Shown in pieces: positions 10,430 to 28,479 of a DNA stretch of 64,000 bases; positions within the stretch are counted from its first letter, which is position 1, and every line of letters starts with the position of its first letter. Where the stretch lies: the NCBI GenBank assembly GCA_051294375.1, contig CM119268.1, positions 3,063,523 through 3,127,522 of the forward strand. Reading direction: 5' to 3'. The stretch is from Paraspadella gotoi. Its lineage: Eukaryota > Animalia > Chaetognatha. A model generated the notes under the pieces. The model saw only the letters and a list, made by a program, of their open reading frames with translations, searched no databases and was not told the origin of the DNA. The position numbers were made by a program, and so were the translations under genes.

Positions 10430-11833
10430 TTCTTGCTTAGTGCCTCGCTCTCCCTCGATAAGTCTCTCTTAGTCTCTCAACGATTGAACAATGAACATTG
10501 TCTGTCAATAACTATTGTGAAATAAATGTATTCATGTGCCTCTACATAACTAGTGTATCAAGATAGATTCAGATTATCAAAAACGTTCACACATATTTAT
10601 ACTTTAATTTAAAACCCCTTTTATTCGATTTGAAATTCTCAACATGAGAGATCCCGGTCGATTTTTATCTGGCTCCTAAATTATGCAAATTAGCTTACGA
10701 TCGAATTTGTCAGATAACGATGACGCTCTTTATTCGCGTAATTTTAAACGTATAATAATATAATAATAATATAATAATAATATAATAATAATAATATAAT
10801 AAATAATTAAATAATATAGTTTTTATAATATATTTCTTATATAAATAAATAAATAAATTCTTATATAAATAAGACAAAATAGCATTTAAACGAGAGCTTG
10901 AATGCTTCTTTTTCCTACCAAAATGAGGAATTCAAAGAGATTTTTGCATAAAATAAATTGTATAATTCATTCGTTTAAGTTACCATTATACGTGCTTTAA
11001 TAAATAGGTAATTATGGAAAAACTAGATAACTAAGATCAAAATAACCAATAAAAGTAAAATATTTAAAAAAATAATAATAATAATATTAATATTATCAAA
11101 AATATAAAATAATATTATTATAACTATAATTAATAAAAAAAATCTATTTTAAAAATTACTGCAAAGAAAGAATTTAAATTGTTTAAAATTATTAATGAAT
11201 ATTTTTTTATAGCCAAATAGATATTTTTAAAGTAATTTTTAGTCAACTCTTCTCAACAGGACATTTTGGTTTTATTCTTTTGGTTTCGTTGCGTAATTAG
11301 TATTAAAAGAAAAAAAAAATTTCTGAAACAAAACAAAAACTTTCTTTTTTAAAACAGGAAATTTTAAATTTTTAGAACACAAGCTTGGAAAGCAGGGCAA
11401 TTTTAGTGATTAGTCTAATCTTACTCCATATACTCATAATAACAGACTTTTACATAAAACTGGTAATCATAATATTTGTGAAATATTTTTCTCTTAAACG
11501 AAACAAAAATTAAATAAAATTCTAAAAGTTAAAAGCTCAAAACTGAAAGCTAAATGTCAATCATTTGATAAATTCTTAGTATATACATAATTACATATAG
11601 ATAAGTGAAAAGGATCCATTCAATATCAGAATAAATGATAGAAGTATATTATGTTGATCAAAAATTCGCGAATATCCGCCAGGTTCGCTAGTATCTTTTG
11701 TTCTTTTTGACCGGCTTGACCGGTCTTTAACATTAAAAAGATACGAAATGACGTATTCGATCTCGGGATCTCTCATGTTCGATGCATTAAAGTTAAATAT
11801 TTTTATACGAAAATTATTTATTTTTACGTCTGA

Positions 11834-12106
11834 TTAAGTGTGCGAACGTTTTTTTTTTATGAAACTCGATGTCTGTATATTTCTAACTTTTGGGACTAAC
11901 ATAAATGGTGAGGCCGACGAGAATTCCTTTAAATCCTTCTGAAACGAAATGGAAAAGATGATGGAACTTTTTTCTACTTTCGTTTGACTCCTTGACGTCA
12001 TCCAAAACGATCTTGACGCCGGCGTTTCGAAAATCGTCAAAGACGCGACGGGATCAAAATGTATTCCTTTTTTTCTAACAACGGAATCAGGGAATTCGAA
12101 TTTAAC
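11834..12106 (-). CDS. Possible terminal coding exon of an unidentified gene
   Basis: TTTTAG acceptor then ~90 open codons (VKFEFPDSVVRKKGIHFDPVASL...KKKRSHT*); no recognisable homology and upstream exons not found. Confidence 0.3.
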   Translation of the reverse strand, partial: VKFEFPDSVVRKKGIHFDPVASLTIFETPASRSFWMTSRSQTKVEKSSIIFSISFQKDLKEFSSASPFMLVPKVRNIQTSSFIKKKRSHT

Positions 12107-13865
12107 CTAAAAGTGTCCAAAAAAAAAAAGGAGAAAAGAATCATTATCAATGCATCAAAAAGTTAATCAGATTTATAATTTGCTTTCTTTTTCCTTAAAA
12201 AAATTTTTAGTCCATGTTATGAACCATTTTTTAAAAAACATTTTAAAGTAAAACTTATTAAATAATGAGACTAATTGTAAGATAAGTTAATAGTCTTATA
12301 AAAATACTACTTACTTAAATATTAAGTTTTAAGAAAAATTCCGTGTTGTAGTCAAAGTCAAGTTCCGGTCAATTGTGGTTAGCTCTAACGCAAAATCTGA
12401 TTGAGGACACCTTGTTAATCGTTATAAGTACTTAAAATTATACTAGAAATTGAAATTGAACAGTATTGTCAAAATTTTCGATTGCATGGTTAAAAAAAAA
12501 ACTGAGTAATATATACTCTCTCTCTCTCTCTCTTTCATAGAGTAACACTTGATTAACTAAATTCCAACAATTTTCAAACTTCAATCACACCAAGACGTCT
12601 TTAAGCGTAAGAACTGGCTCGACAGGTCGTGACCTTTTGGAACTTTTTAGCTCACGACGACTTAGCAGCAGTTGCAAGTTAAGTCGAAAGATGGGGGGTT
12701 AGAGAGAGAGAGAGAAAGAGAGAGCGAGAGCCCGGTTTGAAAACAAGAATAGTAAAAAGACCCGATTCCATTGTACGAATAAAAACAATCACGACCAAAA
12801 AGAAACGTCAATAAATTTACAAGCGCTTTCCCTCATCCGGTCCAAACCCTAATTACTTCTGGGTCATCCAGCCCGTCAACTTACTCTAAAAAAAAAAAAA
12901 AAGAAAAAAAGCTAAAATTGCATAACTAGAGTCAGAAATGCAGCAGCTGCTGATAGCAGCGATCGCTCCCCAGGAAATAAGGTCGGCTCCTCCTCATCGG
13001 GGTAATGTCAAGACCGTGGCTGCAGCCGTCGCTTCTTCGCCAGTGTCAAGGACGAAGCACTCTGATTGGTCGAGTCGCTCGTCATAGTCAGCTTCTCATT
13101 GGTCGAGCTCTCCATTCTGGAAAGACTGGGATTTTCGCGACGGGGAATTTGTTCTCGTTTTTTTTTTAATCATCGAGCTTATAAATTTTTTGGAAGGCGA
13201 TGCGAAAAAAGTACGTAGTGCCGTAATTGTGCGATAATTGTACGTTTAAAAGCAATAGCTTACTTTTTATACTCTATACTGGTTCTGAAAAAGAGTTATT
13301 GTCTTGGGTTACGGTAATAAAACTAGGTCAGTCAACTTGTTATAATCTAAATGCCTTGAGAATATGCGATTATATATACTTTTATTAAAAGGACATTCCC
13401 TTATTAAATGAAAAAAAAAATTTTAGATAAAAAAAATTACTAAGCTATATATTACTAGTACTACGTCTCTAATATTTTAAAGTCTAAAATTCTAAAATAT
13501 TAAAACAAGTAAATACACTTTTAAATCCTACTATAAATTGCTTAATAATCACCGGTGCAGGTGAAACAGGTGAAACAAGTCATTTTGCAATCTTTATTGT
13601 TTATAACCAACTCCGACAAAACAATGACTTATTTTTTCTCGTAAAAATTTTAATCCACTGTTTATGAAAACATCGGTTAGCCAGCGTAATTTTTTTCCCC
13701 GTATTTACCAATTGAAATTCTGTGTGGTAGACTAAAATAGATATATATTAAAACATATAAGCGATTAAGCGAAAAACAACCGAAAAAAACATCTATATCT
13801 TTTTACGTAAGTGCGAAAAAAGTTCTGACAGGGGTGAGGAAAAAAAACATAATATAAAGGAAAAA

Positions 13866-13945
13866 CAAGGCAAGACAAGACAAGACAAGACAAGACGACA
13901 AGACAAGACAAGACAAGACAAGACAAGACAAGACAAGACAAGACA
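13866..13945. repeat. (ACAAG)n pentanucleotide microsatellite
   Basis: Direct reading. Confidence 0.95.
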
Positions 13946-15023
13946 GTTTTCTTTGACGTCAAACGACGCTGGTGAATATGTACTAAGAGGATTTACAGAA
14001 AAAATGTGTCATAATTTAGTTAGGATTTAGATGAGTTTAAAAAACAGAGAATTAGTAAGATTAAGAAAAAAAACTTTGGTCAGGTATTTATATATAAGCC
14101 CGTCTTCTCATTGGTTCGATTCCGACGATGATTCATCCAATCAGAGACTCCTCGGTATATTTTACCCGAGTCGCGGATTCCATTTTTTTGGTTCCGATTC
14201 CATCTGCGATTATATATTTAAATATTTATTTTCATTATGGATAAACAATAAACAACATTCTGCATAAACAAAAAAATAATCGAATTTTGCCATATATTTT
14301 GACTTAACTTTTTTTGTTCATACACTCTATAATGAATAGAAATATTTACATCATCATTCTACATGTGATACGTAGATTAAAAGCAACACAACAAGTGTTG
14401 ATTTAAGTTTTTTCGTAAATTTCACAAATTTCCCAGACTCATTTGGAACACTAAGTGTGAGGGCTATCCAGTATCCAATCCTGCAAAGAGGCACAGTGAC
14501 CCTCTCAGTCACTTCTCGCGTGTCATTTCTCATAGAAACAAGAATAAAATTTTACCTGTCGGAAAAATAACGTTTCAACGTAATTGATAATTATCATTTA
14601 TCTTCCTTTCCTTGATTGATTGATCCGTTCCTTTAATCACATAATATATAATAACCTCCTTGCTCCACGTCTCGTAGTTTTATTATTCCGATCCAGTCCC
14701 CTGTTGTAATCAAAACCAAAAATCGCTTTCGAATGTATTTATTCCATCAGGATTCAGGAATATATATATCAAAACCATCATATTAATAACACATAATAAC
14801 AATATCTCGTATAAACATGAAAAAAAGTAAAGTGAGATGTAATTGAAAATTATTATTATTTTACAATCACTAAGAGCGAAGAAGAAGAAGAAAAAAATTA
14901 ACAAAGGCGGATATCGGGTCAAAAATTTACCAATAAAATCATAATTTAATAGTTTTAGGCAAGATTAGTATAAGTAGTATAAGCACAAAGAAGCATTAAA
15001 ACTGTACCAGCAAACCGTCAATA

Positions 15024-15920
15024 TCATTTGTGATAAATCGTCATCTCAAAGTCTGTAACGTGGAGTTTGTGACCTCCTCCTCCGCCCACGTTTCTGACAA
15101 CCCTGAGGACGTCTCCCTCAATCGCCTCATCGACGACGGGGTGCGCCTCCTCGCAGACGATCTTCTCCTCTTCCTCGTGCGGCGCCAATCCGCTGCAGGA
15201 GTGGGGATTCTCTGCGACGACGCGGGTGCCGCGGAGAAGGCAGAGAAAGATCTGTTGAAGTTAATAATCAATTATTAAAATTAATCAATTATTAATTTTT
15301 GAAATAATTAATTATTAAAGTTAATTATTTTGATTGATTAATTGAGTTATGAAAAATTTTTATTGATTATTTTGGATTTATGGACCAAATTCTCAATCCT
15401 TTTCAACCATAAACCTGTCCTTTCTGGTTACCCCAGCCTTGGTCATTCCATTTCATGGAAAATACAATTTTCTTCAGCCCTGGGCTCTCCACAATAACGT
15501 CGAACCATGTCTCAGGACAAAAGTGAGGTCGTCCGGGTCCACTGTCTGAGAAAAGACAAGTCTTTCATTAATATTGCAATTTATTTTATTTATAACTGAA
15601 ACTATTAATTATATTAAATTCACCGACTAAATCCCTCCTCACGATTCTCTGCACTCGGGGTCGAAAGTCTGCGAAGGCGGGATGAAGGCGGTGAAGGCAA
15701 AGAGCCTCGTCGAAAGTGAGGAAGGAGAAGATGTGGCGAAGGGCTAGGTGAGGCAAAGAGGTTAGGTGGGAAAGAGAAAGGGTGGGGGGGTGGAGGCTGG
15801 TAGAGGAAGAGCGCAGGTTGTAACGGTGGGAGGTTAAGGCTGAGCTGAAAAGTTTAATAAAAAAAGGTTAGGGTCGGAAAAAAGTTCTCTCCCAATACAG
15901 ACATCTTTAACCCACCCCAT
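15024..15920 (-). CDS. F-box protein with C-terminal DQGWG/GGGGGH domain (paralog 2), 4 coding exons
   Basis: Spliced reading: MGSALTSHRY...LTSLPHLALRHIFSFLTFDEAL (F-box)...MKWNDQGWGNQKGQ IFLCLL...APHE...NVGGGGGHKLHV...*; GT-AG boundaries. Confidence 0.85.
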
Positions 15921-16278
15921 TTGGCCGCAATTTGTGACTTGTTTTTAATGTTGCAAACCGTCCTGTATGAGTGACATTTTTGGGAATTACTTGCCATTTG
16001 CGCGATATTTTGAAATGTTTTTACCTAAAATAATATCACTTCATCAGAAAGTTTATCTCATGCAAGTGAGAGAGAAGTAAGAGTATAGGGAGGACGAGAG
16101 GGAGGGAAGAGTGACATTCTTGATGGCTTGCATCTGCAGAATGAAGTGAAAAGGACTTGAAACTATGAATAAAAATCTACCGGAAAACTCGTAAAAACGG
16201 AGTTTCCTCCGGGCAAAACAAAATTAGTGAGATTTTTTTAAAGTAATTAGTTTATTAGAATCAAAATCAATCAATCAA

Positions 16279-17543
16279 TCATTGATGATGAATTGTCATT
16301 TTAAAGTCTTTGACTCCGAGTTTGTGACCTCCTCCTCCGCCCACGTTCCTGACAACCCTGAGGACGTCTCCCTCAATCGCCTCGTCGACGACGGGGTGCG
16401 CCTCCACGCAGACGATCTTCTCCTCTACCTCGTGCGGCGCCAATCCGCTGCACGAGTGGGGATTCTCTGCGACGACGCGGCTGCCGCGGAGAAGGCGGAG
16501 GAAGATCTGTTGATATTATATAATATATAAGTTTACTGTTTGGTGTATTGGTGTATTACTTTTTCCCTACCATTAGATTAGGCGTCATGAGACAATTAGT
16601 ACTTTGTACATTTTTAGGGATTAATTAATAAAAAAAATTAATTAAATAAATCCTTTAATGAAACGAAAATTCATTTGTTGGCTAAATTATTTATGAAATT
16701 AATTGCCCGAGTGATTGGTTGATAAATTGTTTAAACAATTTCTTTATTTATATGTAAAGTGTTAGATTTATCGATTTATTACTAATATTAATTATTAGTT
16801 TGGCAGACTTTTTTAATGCTGATGAAGGCTTGTAGTTAAGCCGAAACATGTCCGTTTTTTATTAAAAATAAAATCGTTGTTGAAAATTCATTTCAAACTT
16901 TTCTAATAGTTTGGCAGACTAATTGATTTGCTTTGTAAAAAAGCTGATTATTTAATTGCTATTAATTATTTAAATCACTCTAAAACCCCAAAACGAGCAA
17001 CGTACCTGCCCCTTCCTGTTGCCATAGCCTTGATCGTTCCACTTCATAGAGAAGATGATTTTTTTTATCCCTGGCGTCTCAACATCGATGTCAAACCAAG
17101 TCTCGGGGCAAAAATGACCATCCGAGGGTCCCTCTTCTAATAAACCAATTAATGTTACTATTATATTGTTTAATAAAATTTAAATATTTTAAATATTTGA
17201 ATAACCGTAAAAATCTGGCCGGACGAGACGCTGGACCCGCGGGCGGAAGTCGGCGAAGGCGGGATGAAGGCGGTGGAGAGGAAGAGCCTCGTCGAAGGTG
17301 AGGAAGGAGAAGATGTGGCGAAGGGCGAGGTGAGGCAAAGTGGTAAGGTGGGAAAGGGAGTTATGGGTGGCAGGGTGTAGAGTGGTGGACGAAGGGGGAA
17401 GGGAGTAATGGTCGGCGGTGGAGGCTGAGCTGGAAAGTTGAAGAAAATAATAATGAAATTGGTACAACCAATAAGATGTAATGTAAGAGGAATAAGATAT
17501 GGATCAGTTCTTTCCTAATATAGACTTCTTTAACTTACCTCAT
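16279..17543 (-). CDS. F-box protein with C-terminal DQGYG/GGGGGH domain (paralog 1), 195 aa
   Basis: Exons 17539-17543, 17206-17429, 17006-17136 and 16279-16506 join in frame (588 nt); LTTLPHLALRHIFSFL F-box, WNDQGYGNRKGQ, APHE, VGGGGGHKL. Confidence 0.88.
16815..16856 (+). ncRNA. Minimal type-I hammerhead ribozyme motif (Penelope-type)
   Basis: AATG-CTGATGA-A-GGCTT gtagtt AAGCC-GAAAC-AT-GTC-CGTT; stem I AAUG/CGUU; palindromic ACATGT in place of stem III. Confidence 0.8.
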
Positions 17544-18518
17544 TTCGCTGCAGTTTGGTGACTTGGTTTTCACGTCGCACGTCCCGTAAGAGTGACACTT
17601 ACGGGAATCACTTTCCTCTTGCGCGATGTTTTGAAATGATTTTTTCTAAAATAATACCGCTGAGTCAACCGGTTTATCTAAGAGAATATGTTCGATACGG
17701 GCCAATCAGGTTTGGGCGAAAATATTTTGTTTGTTATCCGTAATACCTAGTTAACCGACTTTTCAGCAGATCTGCTTATCGCACCTGATTCTGAAGACAA
17801 AAGAACATTACCGTAACCTTGAATTTGAAGACTCTCGCAATTTTATAAATTTTCATTGCTTGCTATTTAAAATACCTTTGAATTCGTCGTGAACTAAATA
17901 AAGTTTCTTATTTCCTATTTTGACGCAACAATCGAGTATCAATAACCGGTTGTTTTTTTTTGTCTTTGCTAAAATGATTTTCAACGATAAACAATATTTT
18001 TATCACAGCTAACTTTATTTGCTACCAAGCATGAGCTATCATCAATGATAGATAATGAAAAAAGGATAAAATCGAGAAGATATAAACGTAATAAAATATG
18101 AATTAAGAATGGAACACAATGTTGACCAACATAGACCATTTACCAACAGAGTAAAACAATTTAAATAAATAAGTAAACAGACAGAAATACAGCGAAAAAG
18201 ACGTATCGAGTATGTCGAGTAAATTTTCTGGACGATCGTATTTAGTATTTACAATGTTTTACTATTAAGATTAGCGCTTTCAGTTGGCGCTGAATCCGAA
18301 AGAAAAAAGATCCAAACAACAATACATATTTAAGTCTCGATCGAACAGCCAAACGTCTACAACTAAAATAAATATCCCTGCATATTTCCTAATTGGGACG
18401 GGGAAAAAGTTTGCGACACTTTCTGCTTTCGTCGACGCGAGAAGAATTTTATTTTCTAATTATTTTTTTTTTTCGTGGTTTTTTCTTCAACAACGACGTT
18501 CATTTGTTTTCTCTCTTT

Positions 18519-23581
<5,063 letters not shown>

Positions 23582-23945
23582 GACGGAGAAAGGGAGAGGT
23601 TGGTAAAGTCGAGTGTTAAATATGAAGAGAAGAAATTGAGAAAGGGATGTGTTGAAAAGGAGAACCGGAGAATGTACGATTTTTTGTTCGTTTTTTTTAA
23701 ATTTGGGAGTGATTTTCGTTAATTTTCGTTAATTAATTTGTTGATTTTTTTTTCTGTCAATTGTTTACTTTTTGAAGATAACTTTATAGTTTATTTTGTT
23801 GTATTTTTTTTTTAAAACTAGTTTTTTTCGAAGAATAAGTCTCGATAAAATTACTCGACAAACGTCGTGAATATATTTTCGTGTTTTTTTTTGTAAATTC
23901 GTTGTTCTGAGGTCGAAATGATGTAAATGCGCAAACCGACTGCGA

Positions 23946-24145
23946 TATTTATACTCGAAATCGGCGAACGCATAACGTGTACTTCTACGGTCGAACCGCC
24001 ATTGGCCGCTGGTGGTTGAGAGTCAAATCTATAAAAATACGTCGTTGAATACGAGGAAGTTCTGATTGGACCACGCATCTCCAGAAAGTCTACTTCGACC
24101 AATCGGGAGACGATACGTTGAAAATATGAACAAAAGACCAATGGC
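23946..24145 (-). promoter_or_regulatory. BiP promoter: TATA, CCAAT boxes, ERSE-II
   Basis: TATAAATA (minus, 23946-53); ATTGG-A-CCACG at 24065-24075; several CCAAT boxes including CCAAT-N9-ATACG. Confidence 0.75.
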
Positions 24146-24730
24146 TGAATCGGTGTGAGAAGGTTTCTCAGAAAGAAGTCGGTGATGCCAGAAGGAACGC
24201 GATGATGCTAGCGACTTTGGGTGTGGCCTGACTTTTAAATTTACTTAATGTAGCTTAACTCAAAACTGCCGTGATTTAGAAATAAATTCAAAATTGTTTA
24301 ATACTGTTTGAAGTTTCTACTACTTCTACTATGATAAGCTACCTCATTTTGTTAAATACTATGTTAATTATATTCAATTACAAGAATTATAATAGATGGC
24401 TAACGAATTACAGTATTTTATACGAGCATATTTTATTTATTTCAAGAAATAAAATTAAAAAAGCAAAAGCATGGTACATAAATCAATTTTTGTTTGAGAG
24501 AGAGTGTTAACACATAAAAAAAAACAAAAAAAAAAACAAAAGAAAAGCAAAAGAGTCGTTTGCATTACAATTTGACGGAGGTAATTAAAATTTTGTTAAT
24601 CTCATGAAAATTAATTACTATTTACAAAACAATAATTTAAATCATATAATGACGTGTCGTACAATTCTTAAAATTATGCAATCTTAACTAAAACAATTTT
24701 CATTCGACATATTGTGCAATCCGCAGACAA

Positions 24731-25022
24731 TCATGTGTAATCATCAAGAGAGAAAGAGGCTGTCTCGTAAGCGATCATTCTTTGCTCCGCTGATTCTAAG
24801 GCTCTCACGTTGGCACGCCTCAAGTGGCCCGCCGACTGCAGCAGGTAACCTCGTTCGTCTTCGATGGCAAGAACCTATTGAAATTGTTAAAATATGGATA
24901 TATGAAATGGTGTGTCTTCTTTTAGAATATTAGTAATATTAATAAATGGTGGAGAAGTGCAGCTATAAAGGATCGGACTAAATTGGTTGATATTTCCAAG
25001 TACGCGTTGTTTCCTTTACTTT

Positions 25023-25070
<48 letters not shown>

Positions 25071-25285
25071 CTCTCTTCTCTCTCTCTCTCCATCAATTGA
25101 TTAAAAGAAGCTGCAACTTGTAACTTAAGATATAAAAACGACCTTAATATCTGAGTAAATACTCAAAGTCTTAAAAGTATTTATAACTTATATATATAAC
25201 TTATATAACTATATAATATACTCCAAAATATTGGCATTCAACATGTTAAACTTAGGAAGATATATTTATATATATATATATATAT

Positions 25286-25354
<69 letters not shown>

Positions 25355-27000
25355 CCAACCTTCATTGGTGCTGGGACTTCCATCTTGGCGAGCAACTCCC
25401 CACAGACTCGAACCACAGAAGTGTGGTCACGGAAATCGACCCATGGATATTTCGTGCGTGACGACTCTTAGGACTTCCTAGTTTGGAGTTGATTAAATAA
25501 AAATTTATTTTATACTTAGCTTAATATGAGTTATAAAATGTTGTATGTACTATTTAATCACATTTGGTTATTACAGTTATAGAATTATTTTTATATATTT
25601 TATATATGTGACAACAACATTAACGACAACAATGAAAACAACATCAACAACGACAACAGCATTGACATTACAACAACTTTTACAACATCTAGAAGATCAA
25701 CGACATCCACATCATGTACTAAATAGAATCACAAACAACATCAAAATCACAGACATGCCAAAATATCGACATCTAAAAACGTCAAATTAACTTACATCCA
25801 CAAACATCATCTACATACATAACAACATTCAGATTATACTACCTGCCAATATAAACCATATACTACCACAAAGCAAACAATATTGGCAGAACAATAAAAA
25901 CAATACCAATAAAAACAAACAACGCACCCACAAAAACTTCCACTTCCAACAACAACAACGCAAACAACCAACACCCCCCTTTTCAACCCCTCCCTCCCCC
26001 ACAGAACCTCGGCCGACTTCCACGTTCTCCTCGAGTGCGCTTCTCGCGATCCTTCATTCTCCGCAGCAAATCCACCAGACATTCCAGGTCGACCCTCAAC
26101 TTCTCCTTCTCTTTCGTTCAGCTTCTCGAGTCGGACCCGCGTTCGGCGAAACCTCGGCGTCGGCGCGTCCTTGGGCTTCGTCGGCGCGTTCGGTCCCGGA
26201 TCGCGCGAGGTTGAAGGGCGCCGCAGGCGCATCGTCGTACGTATTCCGAGGGCGTTGAGCTGTTTGAAGAAGGGGAATGGAGACGGATACAGGAATCGAA
26301 TCGGAAGGTGCCCGCAAAAATATCTTATCGCCAAAAATGAAGTTAAATTTAATATTTCGTATATTTTACTTTAATTGTGTTTTGTTTTTCAGACGACGAA
26401 TTTGTTATTTTTATTGTTAATAATAAAAAATGAATGTTTCGGCCTGCAAATAGCTTATTGCCTTAACCAATTCATGTCACGTTTTTATTATTAACAATAA
26501 AAATAAATTCGTTGTCTGTAAAACAAACAGTTTTTTTTTTCTCATTTATTTACATCGCAAGGAAAAGAAAGAATCGAAACATATTATTGGTGGACTATAT
26601 CCAGAAAGGTTCATCTGCCTTCCATTTGTGCAACCCGAAGGTCGGCGGTTTCTAGCCCGGACTGTCGCCTTGATAGTACTGCAACCTGATCCGCAAGCTC
26701 CAGGTGTCATCCTAGACTAACAACTTCTCTTCACAATGCATTATATTCATATAAAATTTTTATAACATTTTGCAACCCAAGACATCAGCAATACAGAATA
26801 AAACTTCACACTGACAATGTAGAAAAGTTGCTAATAGTTAATTAGGAGCTAAATATAAGATGCAATAATATCAATATAGGTAAAAAGGAACCCCACCCAC
26901 CGTGCCTCTCCTGCTTCGATACTTACCTTTAATTCTGCGTCCAACACAATGCCTAGCATGACGGTGACAGCCAGCGGCTGGCTGCAGTCGTCGCCCGCCA
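24731..27000 (-). pseudogene. Partial, error-rich copy (last 4 exons) of the 343-aa coiled-coil gene
   Basis: Matches exons 5-8 at 50020-52236; truncated by the gap. Confidence 0.75.
26588..26706 (+). repeat. Internally deleted member of the tRNA-Gly/twister-like repeat family (duplicate of 51853-51969)
   Basis: TGGTGGACTATATCC...CCTGATCCG(C)AAGCTC(C)AGG. Confidence 0.65.
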
Positions 27001-28304
27001 CTAATTAAAAAAAAGGGATGAGCTGACCTTGATAATTAATGTTAGAATAATTATTGCAGAAACCTAAGTTATTTTANNNNNNNNNNNNNNNNNNNNNNNN
27101 NACGATCTTTTATCGCTTTTTAAGATCTTTTTTTATCTTAACTTGCATCGATTTTTCTCATCATTAATTAATATAATTAATTACTATTAATTAATTAAAA
27201 ATTTTTATTAGTAATGCATTAATTTAAAGATCAAGTATATGTTGACTTATGTTTTTTCAATCTTAAACTCAATTTCACTGGCACAATTCCGGTCAAAACT
27301 TTACATATAATATTATTTATTAATAAATATTTAAAAACTTCAGTGCAACACCCAATGAACTAAATCAAAAAGTTCATTGAAAACGTACTTTACAGTACGT
27401 AAAAGGCAAAAAAAATTAAGAGAACTAGGATGTTAGAAAAGTGTTCAATTTTTGGCCCGCCCTTACTAGATATTAGGCCGGAAACAGGCTTGAAACTTAA
27501 GTTCTCTCAAATGGTTAATGTGTTAATGGTTAACGCGGACTATTAAATAATATGACAAATGAACAATAAATTTTTAATTTTGGCTTATCAAGATTTTTTT
27601 TATGGATCTCTCTCATAGAAGCTTTTAAGAAGTTAGATAAGGTTATTAATACAACTTTTTTCTTTTTTTATTTGCGTCTTGAAAAATTAAAAAAAAAAAT
27701 AAAACGCCCGAATAATTGATGATTGATTGATAATTTTAAGTTTTTTTCTATTTTTAACTAATTATTCGTCAAAATTTTGAGAAAAATTTATGAGTACTTA
27801 ACTTTCATTTTAACTTCTTAAGCTCTACAAGACCCTTGTTTAAGATATTTCTCGTGTTTTAAGTTTCCCAAAAGATCGTTGCTCTTTTTGCGCTAAAACG
27901 TCTTACTATTATCTAAGTGAAAGAAACGTACCTTTTTGTGAAGAGAAAGTAAGAATTACTATTAGTAGTTGCTCTTAAGCTTTACGCAGCGTGAAGCAGC
28001 GCTTTGTTCTTCTTAATGTTTCATTTACTTGATTTATATTATATTACAGGTTTTTATTAATTCGTTATATATTATCTTTTTTATAGTTCCAGCAGTTAAT
28101 GCCCGTTCCATGGCGTTTCTAGTCCGGTTCAATGCCGTTCAATGCTTTCATCCGTTCAATGCCGTTTGATCAATTTGCTTCTACATTTTGGCTCTTGAAT
28201 TAACAAAATAAGTAAATTAACTTACGACAATATAATATTACAAAGGACATCTCTACTCTTAATCTTATCTTCAATACTCACTCCTCAAGTCTCTCTCAAG
28301 CGCT

Positions 28305-28339
<35 letters not shown>

Positions 28340-28424
28340 AAGTTGCAACTATCCTTGATGCTCATTTTTCTGCTCTCTCTCTCTTCTTCTTGCAACCTTG
28401 CGACGATTCCTATATGCTCATTTT

Positions 28425-28476
<52 letters not shown>

Positions 28477-28479
28477 TCT

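Noticed and set aside
14376-14760. Possible extra exons downstream of the F-box genes
   Set aside because: Short open frames on both strands, inconsistent between the two copies, no recognisable homology.
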